Source of the DNA: Planctomycetota bacterium
GTDB lineage: Bacteria; Planctomycetota; Phycisphaerae; Phycisphaerales; UBA1924
Assembly (NCBI GenBank): GCA_038748775.1
Contig: JBCDIT010000016.1
Span: 6,600 to 70,599, forward strand
Direction: 5' to 3'
DNA length: 64,000 bases
Numbering within the stretch: the stretch's first letter is position 1; each line of letters begins with the position of its first letter. The notes beneath the pieces were generated by a model. That model saw nothing but the letters and a program-made list of their open reading frames with translations. It was not told the origin of the DNA and did not search any database. Positions 39,556-48,370 of the stretch are shown here, piece by piece. A program made the translations under genes and the position numbers.

Positions 39556-40788
39556 TCAGCCCATGTGCTTCACAATCGCCGCCCCAAACTCCGAGCACTT
39601 CAAGAGCGTTGCTCCCTCCATCAACCGCTCGAAGTCGTAGGTCACCGTCTTGGCGGTGATCGCACCCTCGATGCCCTTGACGATCAGGTCCGCGGCTTCT
39701 TGCCAGCCCATGTGTTCGAGCATGAGGACTCCCGAGAGGATGACGGAGCCGGGGTTGACCTTGTCCTGGCCGGCGTACTTGGGGGCCGTGCCGTGGGTGG
39801 CTTCGAAGATCGCGTGCCCGGTGTCGTAGTTGATGTTGGCTCCGGGTGCGATGCCGATGCCTCCGACGCAGGCGGCCAGCGCATCCGAGATGTAGTCGCC
39901 ATTGAGGTTCATGGTCGCGATGACCGAGTACTCCGCGGGGCGGGTGAGGATCTGCTGGAGGAAGGCGTCGGCGATGACGTCCTTGATGACGATGTCCTTG
40001 CCGGTCTTCGGGTTCTTGAGCGTGTGCCAGGGGCCTCCGTCGAGCGGGGTGGCGCCGAAGTGCTCGGCGCTGACCTCGTAGCCCCATTGCATGAAGGCAC
40101 CCTCGGTGAACTTCATGATGTTGCCCTTGTGCACCAGCGTGACCGAGGGCTTGTCGTGGTCGATGGCGTATTGGATGGCGGCGCGGACGATGCGCTCGGT
40201 GCCTTCCTGTGACACCGGCTTGATGCCGATGCCGGCGGTCTCGGGGAAGCGGACCTTCTTGAAGCGGTCGGGGAAGGCCTCGGCCAGCATCGCCTTGAAC
40301 TTCTTGTTGTCGTCCGTCCCCTGCTCGAACTCGATGCCGGCGTAGATGTCTTCGGAGTTCTCACGGAAGATGACCATGTCGGTCTTCTCCGGGTGCACGA
40401 CCGGGCTGGGCACGCCCTTGAAGTAGCGGACGGGGCGGAGGCAGGTGTACAGGTCGAGGATCTGACGCAACGCGACGTTCAGCGAGCGGATGCCTCCGCC
40501 GGTGGGGGTGGTCAGCGGGCCTTTGATGCCGACGAGGTACTTCTTGAAGTCGTCGAGCGTCGCCTGGGGCAGCCAGTCGCCGGTCGCGTTGTGCGATTTC
40601 TCGCCGGCCGCGACTTCGTGCCAGTGGATCTTCTTGGCGCCGCCGTAGGCCTTCTCGACCGCGGCGTCGAAGACCATGACCGAGGCGTTCCAGATGTCGG
40701 GCCCGGTGCCGTCGCCCTCGATGAAGGGGATGATGGGGTCGTTGGGGACCTGGAGGCCGGCGTCGGTCATGGTGATGGGGCTTGGCAT
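39556..40788 (-). CDS. icd: NADP-dependent isocitrate dehydrogenase
   Basis: Full-length 410-aa match to the prokaryotic IDH pattern ([39 protein letters not shown]). Confidence 0.95.
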   Translation of the reverse strand: MPSPITMTDAGLQVPNDPIIPFIEGDGTGPDIWNASVMVFDAAVEKAYGGAKKIHWHEVAAGEKSHNATGDWLPQATLDDFKKYLVGIKGPLTTPTGGGIRSLNVALRQILDLYTCLRPVRYFKGVPSPVVHPEKTDMVIFRENSEDIYAGIEFEQGTDDNKKFKAMLAEAFPDRFKKVRFPETAGIGIKPVSQEGTERIVRAAIQYAIDHDKPSVTLVHKGNIMKFTEGAFMQWGYEVSAEHFGATPLDGGPWHTLKNPKTGKDIVIKDVIADAFLQQILTRPAEYSVIATMNLNGDYISDALAACVGGIGIAPGANINYDTGHAIFEATHGTAPKYAGQDKVNPGSVILSGVLMLEHMGWQEAADLIVKGIEGAITAKTVTYDFERLMEGATLLKCSEFGAAIVKHMG

Positions 40789-40956
40789 GGTTTCGGGCTC
40801 TTCTGGGGTGTAGTGATTTGGTTCTTGCGTCGCCCACTGTAGGAGCGGATCGTCGGGAGTTGGGCCGTGCGGGGTGTGCAGATCGGGGCGGGCGGGTGCG
40901 CCGCGGTGGACCGCTTGCGCTTGCTGTTTCAGGACACGCGACTACAGTTTGATACG

Positions 40957-42462
40957 ATGACCGAACAGCCGACCCGCTCGCGGGCTCTCCGGCGCGTCCA
41001 GGGGCGCGAAGACTGGTCGCTTCTCGAAGAGCTGAACCACGTTCATTGGTGGCTGATCATTTCGATGGCGCTGGGGCCGGCGCTCGGGGTGTTGACGTTC
41101 TGGATCTTGGGGTCTCGCGCGGCGGATCTCGGTCTGACGAGCGACGGCGTCGTGATGGCGGGCATCTTCGTGCTCGCGGTGTGGTACTGGGTCAGCGGGG
41201 CGATCCCTCCGTTCGCGACGGGGATCGTGGTGATCGCGCTGTGCGCGTATCTGCTCGGGCTTCCTGCGGAATTGGGGCGGCCGTTCGGGCTGACCGGGGC
41301 GGGGTCCGCGGTGACAGGATGGCGCGAGTTCGTGGAGGTCGCCGCGGCGCCGGTGATCATTCTGATGCTGGGCGGCTTCACGCTCGGGGCGGCGTCGCAC
41401 AAGCACGGTCTTGACGCGATGCTCGCGCGCGGTTTGCTCACGGTGTTCCGAGGCGGCCCGCGGCGGTTGATTCTGGGGGTGCTGCTGATCACGGCGGTGC
41501 TGAGCATGTGGATGAGCAACACAGCGACCGCGGCGATGATGGTGACGCTGGTGACGCCGATCGCGCTTCGTTCGCCCGAGGGATCTGCGATGCGGCGTGG
41601 GCTGCTGCTGGCGGTTCCGCTCGGGGCGAACATCGGGGGGATGGGGACGCCGATCGGCACGCCTCCGAACGCGATCGCGTTCAGCTTGCTCCGCGCCGAG
41701 GGCGTTGAGATCAGCTTCCTCGGGTGGATGACCTTCGCGCTGCCGGTTGCGATGGTCTTGCTCGCGACGGCGTGGGTCTTCCTCGCGTTCGGGATGGGGA
41801 AGTTCGGAGACGAAGCCGCCGACGTCGAATCGGATCAGGAATCCGAGGTTGAGTCGGTGTGGACTGCGCGTCGGATCGTTGTCGCGTTGACCTTCGTTGC
41901 GACGATTGTGCTTTGGGTGACGGGTCGCTGGACCGGCATCCACATGGCGCTGGCGGCGGTTTTGCCGATCGCGGTTTTTCCCGCGTTTCGGATCCTCGAT
42001 CGGCACGATATCAACACGCTGGATTGGGACATCGTGTTGCTGATGGCCGGCGGGCTAGCGCTCGGTGCAGGGATGTCGCAGACGGGGCTCGCGGGGTGGA
42101 TCGTGGAGAGCCTGCCCCTGCAGAGTTTGGCGCCGGCGTTGTCGCTCGCGGTGTTTGTGGTGCTGACGACGATGCTCGCAACGTTTATGAGCAACACGGC
42201 GGCGGCGAACCTTGTGCTTCCGATCGCGATCGGCGTGGCTGGGGCGAGCGCTGCGCTCGGGGTGCCTCAGATCGGTGTGGCGGTGGCGCTCGCGGCGTCG
42301 GTCGGGATGGCGCTCCCGGTGTCGACGCCTCCGAATGCGATCGCGTTCGCGACGGGGCACGTTCGAACCGGTGAGTTCATCCGCTCGGCGGTGCTGATCG
42401 ACGCGACGGCGTTCGTGTTGATCATGGGTGTGGCGCTTTACGCGCTGCCGCATCTGGTCTGA
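40957..42462 (+). CDS. SLC13/DASS-family anion:sodium symporter
   Basis: Polytopic, with the duplicated SNTA motif (MSNTATAAMM, MSNTAAANLV) and GTPPNAIAF / STPPNAIAF hairpin motifs. The ATG at 40957 is preferred. Confidence 0.8.
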   Translation: MTEQPTRSRALRRVQGREDWSLLEELNHVHWWLIISMALGPALGVLTFWILGSRAADLGLTSDGVVMAGIFVLAVWYWVSGAIPPFATGIVVIALCAYLLGLPAELGRPFGLTGAGSAVTGWREFVEVAAAPVIILMLGGFTLGAASHKHGLDAMLARGLLTVFRGGPRRLILGVLLITAVLSMWMSNTATAAMMVTLVTPIALRSPEGSAMRRGLLLAVPLGANIGGMGTPIGTPPNAIAFSLLRAEGVEISFLGWMTFALPVAMVLLATAWVFLAFGMGKFGDEAADVESDQESEVESVWTARRIVVALTFVATIVLWVTGRWTGIHMALAAVLPIAVFPAFRILDRHDINTLDWDIVLLMAGGLALGAGMSQTGLAGWIVESLPLQSLAPALSLAVFVVLTTMLATFMSNTAAANLVLPIAIGVAGASAALGVPQIGVAVALAASVGMALPVSTPPNAIAFATGHVRTGEFIRSAVLIDATAFVLIMGVALYALPHLV

Positions 42463-42558
42463 GGTGTGCCCGGGCGTGGTGGTCGTCGTTGTTCGCGCGT
42501 GTCCACGGACTCCTTAGAGATCGTCCTGGTGATTTCGTTTGCGATGTATCGAGCGCGG

Positions 42559-45500
42559 TCAGCGCGTCGCGGTCGGCGCAAAGAGTGACTTTCCGGCGGT
42601 GCTCGTCCGGAGCGCAAACAGCGTGAACGCGCCGACGATGACCGCCGGCGTGAGGGCCGACGGGGCCCACCATTGGTCGTAGGGCGCTAAGTCGACGAAG
42701 TAGCTGAGCAGGGTCATCGAGGTGATCGTCGCGGCGGCCGCGAGCAGACCGACGCGGTCGAGCACGACGAGGACGAGCGTGACGCCGGCGAGCATCGCGA
42801 TGCGGTCGAGCGGGCCTTGGTTGGGTGCGACGAGCGACTGGGCGGCGACGAGCACCACGACGATCGCGATCGCCGGCCAGCGGCGTTTGACCTTGAGCAG
42901 CCCGAGCAGCACCATCACGATGAGGACGACGAACGCGAGGGCCGCCGCGTTGATGAGTCCGACCGCGACCTGGGCGAGGCTCAGGCCCAGCATGTCTCGC
43001 ATCCCGGTAAGCCCGCTCATCGTCCCGTTCATCGTTGGGAGACCGGTGTCGGCGCCGATCGAGGGCGCGAGGATCGGAGCGAAGAACTGGGCGAGAGACG
43101 CCGCCAGCCGGACGGCGACGCCGGCCGCGATCCCGAGGAGCAGGTCGCGGCCGATCATCGGGTCGGTGTACGCCCCTCCGAACAGACGCGTCCACGAGAC
43201 CAGCGACCCGGGCCAGCGCGATCTCGCGAGCGGCTCGACCGCGATGTAGCACGCGATGAGCACGAGCGCGAAGCCGAGCCCATAGGCATAGAGCGGGAAC
43301 GGACCGACGAACGCCTCGAACGTGATGATCGAAACATCGGCGCCCAACGCCGCGGAGAGTGTTGTAAACCCGAAGACGGTGAGGCCCAGCGTTGTCGCAC
43401 GCCGGAGGTCGCACCGCCCGAGGCGATAGTTGCGATAGGCCATGACGCCGGCGACAACGGTGATGATGAGGAAGACCAGCAGCCTCGCGATGCCGGCGAT
43501 GTACTGGACGACGACCGAGTCGGCGTTGATGCGGGCCGGGGGCGGCGCGTCGGGGGCGTTGGGCGACTCGAGGTGCCTCGGGGGTGTTTCGCCGAAGAAA
43601 TCTTGGCCCGGGGCTTTGGTTTCGGGTTCCTCGGGTTGTGTGCTCGCCTCAGTCGGGCTGCTTTCACCCGGTTGCGTTGCGCCGTCCGATGGGGCTCCGC
43701 CGTCTGCCTCGGGTCGGGCTTGGATTCTCGCCTCGGGTGCAGGGTCGGCACGCCATATCGAGAACTCAACGATGCGGCCATCGGCGGCCCCGGCGAACAC
43801 CTCGATCTCGTGCTCGGGCAGGACCGCTTCCGGGTCGGGCCAGACGCCTCGCCAGCCGCGGCGAACGTCGGCGTCCGCCCCGTCGCGGCGGATGGTCTCG
43901 GTCGGCTCGAAGAGCGAGACGTCGAGCCCCGCTGCCTCGAACGCGATCGACCAGTCGGGCTCTTGGGTCGATGGGATCCGGTCGTCGCCCCTGACCTCGG
44001 TCTGCGGGATGACTTTCAGAGATTGCAGGCGACGCTGCCCGTCGAGCATTATCTGGACCGCGCCCGGACCGACCGGGGCCGGGTCGGTCTGGTCGACGAC
44101 GTAGGCGGGGTTGATCGGGCTGAACCCGTCGGGCTCAAGGCGCAGCCAGAAGAGCAACGGGTCAGCGGTGGGCTCGGAGAGCGCATCCCACGAGTCGAGG
44201 TCTTCGGTCGAGATCGCGGTCGCGACACGGGCAAGCGTGTTGCCCGAGTAGTTCCACCCGGTGCGGATCGGGGCGTCGTCGGGCACGCTATGCCCGAGCG
44301 ATTCGAGCACTTCGAGCGCCGTTTCTTCCATCAACACCGGCGCCGAGGGCGCGGACGCGGTGGTGAGCAGCGTCGTCCCGTTGCCCAGCAGGACAGAGAG
44401 CGCCGTGAAGACGATGATTGCGCCGGTCAACGCCATCGCGATGGCTGGCTTCAGCGCGCCCTTGCCGCCCGAGGCGGCGATGAGTTCCGGGCTGGGTGTT
44501 TCGCCCGCCGCGATCGCGGCCGCGACGGGGTCGGCGCCGGGCAAGGCCGCGGCGACCGCCAGGGCGGACGCGGGGCGGTCAGCGGGGTCGGTCTCGGTGC
44601 ACCGTTCGACGAGCGCAGCGAGCGCCGGGTCGATGCCTCGGGTGCTGATCGAACTCAGTCCCACCGGGGTCGCGGTCGCTTCCCGCAGGGTCCTGAGCTC
44701 TGCGTAGCTCTTGGCGTCCCAGGCGGGCTTGCCGGTGAGGGTCTCGAAGATGACGAGCCCGAGGGCGTAGATGTCCGACGCCTTGCTGACGGCCCGCCCT
44801 TCGAACTGTTCGGGCGCCATGTAGGCGGGCGTGCCGGCGTTGGCCTCGGCGCCCGTCGTCACGTCACCGAACGCTCCGTCGCCGAATGCCCCTTCGCCGA
44901 ACGCGCCTTCATCGATGGCCGCGATCCCGAAGTCGGTGAGTCGGACGTTGCCCCGCCCGTCGAGCATGACGTTGGCCGGCTTCAGGTCGCGGTGGATCAC
45001 GCCCTGATCGTGAGCCGCGGCGAGCGCGGCGCAGAGCTGGCGAGCGACGTCGATCGCCTTGTCTTGGGGCAGCTTGCCGATGCGCCGGAGCAACGTCTGC
45101 AGGTCTTCCCCGTCGACGTACTCCATCGAGATGAACAGGTCGCCCCCCTGGTCGTCGGGGAGGCGGGCGATGTCGTGGATACGGCAGACGTTCTTGTGCG
45201 AGATACCCCGGGCCATTCGAACCTCGGCCCGGACACGCTCGGTCAGGTTGGCGTCGGCGGCGACGTGGCTGGGCAGCAGCTTGATCGCCACCGACTGGGC
45301 GAGCTCGAGGTCATCGGCCCGGTAGACCTCGCCCATACCGCCTCGACCCAGGAAGGCGACGACGCGGTAGCGTCCGGCGAGGGTGTCGCCTGGGTTGAAG
45401 CGTTGCGTCCGGATTAGGGATGGATCGCCAGCGGTGGCGCTGGCTTGGGTGGTGCGGGCGGGGCCCGGCGCGGGGTTGGGCGTCGAACCCGGGTTCTCGG

Positions 45501-45573
45501 GTGGCGTAGTACCTTCCCCGGGGATCGGCGTGGGGTCTTGGGTTTCGTCGATTTCTCGGGGCACCGGACTCAT
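42559..45573 (-). CDS. Ser/Thr protein kinase with large polytopic C-terminal membrane domain
   Basis: Hanks kinase motifs (GRGGMGEVY, AIK, HRDLKPANV, DFG, APE) and about 10 predicted helices in the C-terminal half. 1004 aa. Confidence 0.85.
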   Translation of the reverse strand: MSPVPREIDETQDPTPIPGEGTTPPENPGSTPNPAPGPARTTQASATAGDPSLIRTQRFNPGDTLAGRYRVVAFLGRGGMGEVYRADDLELAQSVAIKLLPSHVAADANLTERVRAEVRMARGISHKNVCRIHDIARLPDDQGGDLFISMEYVDGEDLQTLLRRIGKLPQDKAIDVARQLCAALAAAHDQGVIHRDLKPANVMLDGRGNVRLTDFGIAAIDEGAFGEGAFGDGAFGDVTTGAEANAGTPAYMAPEQFEGRAVSKASDIYALGLVIFETLTGKPAWDAKSYAELRTLREATATPVGLSSISTRGIDPALAALVERCTETDPADRPASALAVAAALPGADPVAAAIAAGETPSPELIAASGGKGALKPAIAMALTGAIIVFTALSVLLGNGTTLLTTASAPSAPVLMEETALEVLESLGHSVPDDAPIRTGWNYSGNTLARVATAISTEDLDSWDALSEPTADPLLFWLRLEPDGFSPINPAYVVDQTDPAPVGPGAVQIMLDGQRRLQSLKVIPQTEVRGDDRIPSTQEPDWSIAFEAAGLDVSLFEPTETIRRDGADADVRRGWRGVWPDPEAVLPEHEIEVFAGAADGRIVEFSIWRADPAPEARIQARPEADGGAPSDGATQPGESSPTEASTQPEEPETKAPGQDFFGETPPRHLESPNAPDAPPPARINADSVVVQYIAGIARLLVFLIITVVAGVMAYRNYRLGRCDLRRATTLGLTVFGFTTLSAALGADVSIITFEAFVGPFPLYAYGLGFALVLIACYIAVEPLARSRWPGSLVSWTRLFGGAYTDPMIGRDLLLGIAAGVAVRLAASLAQFFAPILAPSIGADTGLPTMNGTMSGLTGMRDMLGLSLAQVAVGLINAAALAFVVLIVMVLLGLLKVKRRWPAIAIVVVLVAAQSLVAPNQGPLDRIAMLAGVTLVLVVLDRVGLLAAAATITSMTLLSYFVDLAPYDQWWAPSALTPAVIVGAFTLFALRTSTAGKSLFAPTATR

Positions 45574-45800
45574 GCTACCTCACGATGAATCTCTGGCTTT
45601 GGTCGATCTCGGGTCGACGTCGACGTGCCCGCGGACGCGCCATTCAGCGGCGCACCTTTCTCTGGGCCGTCAGCTAGGAGGACAGACCAATTTACTGTTT
45701 CTATGAGGAAATCTGCTGTCGTTGGAGCCTTGGGTGGCGCGCTTTGCGGTCATCACTCGCGTCAGTCCTGGTCCGTTGCGGCGCGTGATAGGAGCAATCG

Positions 45801-47273
45801 ATGTCAGATGTCAGCTCATCCGCTGGGAACGAGGCTGCGGACCCTCGTGCGGGACGGCCCGAGCCCTCAAAGCTCATCGAGCCAAGTGCCGGGTCCGTGC
45901 CGGGGGACCTGCCAGATCGGATTGCGGGCACTTCCGCGACCGGTCAAACGACCGGAGAGAAAGACAAGGATTCGGCGTCGGTGGATGCCGTAATTCGACT
46001 GGTCGTGTCTTGGATCTGGAAGGCTATAACCAAGGCGGTGCTCAAGCAGATCGGTGGGTTCTTGGGTCAGCTCTTTCATCGAGCGAGCCTCTGGGTTGTT
46101 GGGAGTTTGTCCGTTCTTTTGGGTGGCGCCGCGTCTCCGTTCGTGCTCGGGTGGCTCGGTTTCGGTAGTTCGTCTCTGATACCGGCTGGAACGGTTTACG
46201 TCGTTCCGACCGCGTACAAGACTGCCCTGAAGGAGGTCGTCGATTCATTCCAAGATGCCTATGACGACGATCCTTCGCTCAGTCAATGGCCTCTCGAAAT
46301 CTTGGACGCACCCACGACGACCGACGCTGACGAACGCGAGCTACAGCTCGAGCGGATGACGAAGCGAGCTCTAAACGGAGACCCCGCGCTGCTCGTCAGT
46401 ATCGGGACTCCTTCGTTCAAGCAAGCGATCATGAATGCCCCCGGGCCAACGCCGGTGGCCTTTTCGGCAACGACGAATCACTCCGATACCGTGAGCCAGA
46501 TGCAATCAAACGGTGACTCGATATCGAGCACGTTTGATTGGTTCGGAATCGACAATTACTCACCGGCGATCGCGGAAGAAATCGTAAGGGCCGTGAAGGA
46601 GCTGGTCGGTATGGACGCGGTCATCGTCTTTGTTCGCTCAAAGACCGAAGCGAACTCCATCGAGCTCTTCGAGGGTCTCAAGAGCGAATGGCGCGGCAGC
46701 CACGGCGTTCAAATGATTTCGGCCGACGAATGGGCGGGTGATGCGGAATTCAAGATCAATGCGTACTTGGCTGGGGATTCGTATGAGTGGTTTAATCCGG
46801 CAGTGGGCCGGACGGAGGCAATAAATCCGGAGCGATTGAGTGCTGATGTATTCGTCGCTGGATACGACAATCTGGTTGCCGGGTACACGTCCGAGGTTGT
46901 CAGGCAGATTAAACGAAGTGGAAGCCCGGTTCTTCTGGTTTCGGCAAGCTTGGGAGATGTTTCCGCGGGCCGAGCACACTTCGCGTTCGGATTCGATTAC
47001 GAGGAAATGGGCGTCGCGACATATCGGCTAGTCAAGGACTGGCTCTTCCGTGTCCATGAGTTGAAGGGGGATGAGTTTGAGTATCGACCGAAGCCGGCTG
47101 CAATGATAGACGTTGATCGGCTCAGCCGGACATTGTTCGTGCGCGACAATGAGCTTGATCAAAAAGGCGTGATTCATGGCAAGATACGGAGTTATATAAA
47201 AACACTAAAAGAGTACGAGGACGAGGGTGGTGCATCGGTAGAAGTTCGATACGTCCTGTCGGGTGATACTTGA
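45801..47273 (+). CDS. hypothetical membrane-anchored protein (possible periplasmic-binding-like fold)
   Basis: 490-aa ORF with N-terminal hydrophobic helices (LWVVGSLSVLLGGAASPFVLGWLGF). Its alternating beta-alpha-like body resembles an ABC substrate-binding fold only weakly. Low G+C. Confidence 0.5.
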   Translation: MSDVSSSAGNEAADPRAGRPEPSKLIEPSAGSVPGDLPDRIAGTSATGQTTGEKDKDSASVDAVIRLVVSWIWKAITKAVLKQIGGFLGQLFHRASLWVVGSLSVLLGGAASPFVLGWLGFGSSSLIPAGTVYVVPTAYKTALKEVVDSFQDAYDDDPSLSQWPLEILDAPTTTDADERELQLERMTKRALNGDPALLVSIGTPSFKQAIMNAPGPTPVAFSATTNHSDTVSQMQSNGDSISSTFDWFGIDNYSPAIAEEIVRAVKELVGMDAVIVFVRSKTEANSIELFEGLKSEWRGSHGVQMISADEWAGDAEFKINAYLAGDSYEWFNPAVGRTEAINPERLSADVFVAGYDNLVAGYTSEVVRQIKRSGSPVLLVSASLGDVSAGRAHFAFGFDYEEMGVATYRLVKDWLFRVHELKGDEFEYRPKPAAMIDVDRLSRTLFVRDNELDQKGVIHGKIRSYIKTLKEYEDEGGASVEVRYVLSGDT

Positions 47274-48232
47274 GTTCCAGTCGTGCCAATGCAGGTCTGT
47301 CGGTGGGTGTTCTGGGTGTCGGCCGGGTCGGTGCCGCGCTCGTCCGTCAGCTTTTCTTTTCGAAGGGCTGTCGTTCGATTACGTTGTATAACCGTGACCG
47401 TGCCGTGGATCGAGAGCTGGCGGCAGAACTCGAGGCGTGCCGCGTCTGTGATCCGACACTTGAGGACGCGCCGCGCGTTCGCTCTGCGCTCGCGTTACGA
47501 CAGTTGATTGATCACGATGTCGTCGTTGTCTCGATCAGGGGCAGGCGGCAGATAAACGTGTCGCCGGATGCGCCCGCTGCCGCCCGGGCCGAGGGCCTCA
47601 AGGACGTACCGGTGATGCGCAAGCTGGCCCATGAGCTTCGGGACTTCGGTGGCACCGTTATGCTGATCACAAACCCGGTTGAGGCAATGTGTCACGTTTG
47701 GGAAGACACCATTGAGGCGCGCGGAGCCAGCGTTGTTGGTCTGGGGCTCTCGCTGGACGCTGCTAGAGCTGAAGGCTTACTCAGGCGCCGGCTCAGCGGA
47801 GTCGGAAGGGCGTCGAACCAGTCACTTGGTTTGGTCGCTGTCGGGGGGCACGCGCTCGGTCCGGTTTTAGTCGCTCCAGCGTCGACGCAGGGCCGCTTTC
47901 AGCAAGCGCTCGATACGCTCGGGACAACCGCTGAGCAGCTCGTGTGGGAATGCCGGACGTCGGTCATGCGTCGGATGCACGAATTTCGGCGAACTTCGAT
48001 CGAGCCGGCCCGAGTTTTCAGTCGCGATATCACGCGAATGCAACAAAGCGAAGCCATCAACGTCTCGTGGAGTGTCTTCGGCCCGAGCGGCGAGTCTGTC
48101 GGTGGGCTTGTTCGCCGACAAAACGGTCGGCTGGTTCCCTGCGCGGTACAGCCCGGTGACGCGGAATCGAATCGCCGGGCGGTTGTCGAGTTCCATGCTC
48201 AGCTTGCGGGTGTCGTCAGTCAGGCGCCGTAG
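47270..48232 (+). CDS. divergent lactate/malate dehydrogenase-family oxidoreductase
   Basis: TTG start overlaps the upstream stop. Rossmann VGVLGVGRVGAAL, MLITNPVEAM (NPVD-like), GLGLSLDAARAEG (GxGxxLDxxR-like) and GGHALGP (GEHGD-like). The substrate-loop region is atypical. Confidence 0.6.
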   Translation: MSSSRANAGLSVGVLGVGRVGAALVRQLFFSKGCRSITLYNRDRAVDRELAAELEACRVCDPTLEDAPRVRSALALRQLIDHDVVVVSIRGRRQINVSPDAPAAARAEGLKDVPVMRKLAHELRDFGGTVMLITNPVEAMCHVWEDTIEARGASVVGLGLSLDAARAEGLLRRRLSGVGRASNQSLGLVAVGGHALGPVLVAPASTQGRFQQALDTLGTTAEQLVWECRTSVMRRMHEFRRTSIEPARVFSRDITRMQQSEAINVSWSVFGPSGESVGGLVRRQNGRLVPCAVQPGDAESNRRAVVEFHAQLAGVVSQAP

Positions 48233-48370
48233 CGGCTGGCTTGAAGCCGTGCATCTGGTCGGCCCGAGGAGCTACGCTGTGGTGCTGGTACGCCCAGGAT
48301 CTTGGTTCATCTGCTGTCAGGGACCTCGCAAGGTGCTTTGTTCCTCGGAGGCTTGGCGTCTCCTCTGCCC

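Noticed and set aside
33689-39800. Intact prophage or ICE at the icd site
   Set aside because: No integrase or recombinase (other than the RAYT), and no capsid, tail, terminase or conjugation genes. Only remnants (icd', XRE-ImmA) are present.
38543-40087. 514-aa minus-strand ORF spanning the PEP-CTERM gene and part of icd
   Set aside because: Wrong frame relative to both well-supported genes. Extremely Arg/Pro/His-rich.
38291-40212. Two similar plus-strand ORFs starting MLHNRRP... (38291..38929 and 39565..40212) that look like paralogues
   Set aside because: They are the antisense translations of the icd 3' end and of its duplicated fragment. Their similarity simply reflects the icd duplication reported as a finding.
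42817-45417. 866-aa plus-strand ORF
   Set aside because: Antisense to the 1004-aa Ser/Thr kinase, which has all Hanks motifs. The product is Arg/Gly/Asp-rich with no motifs.
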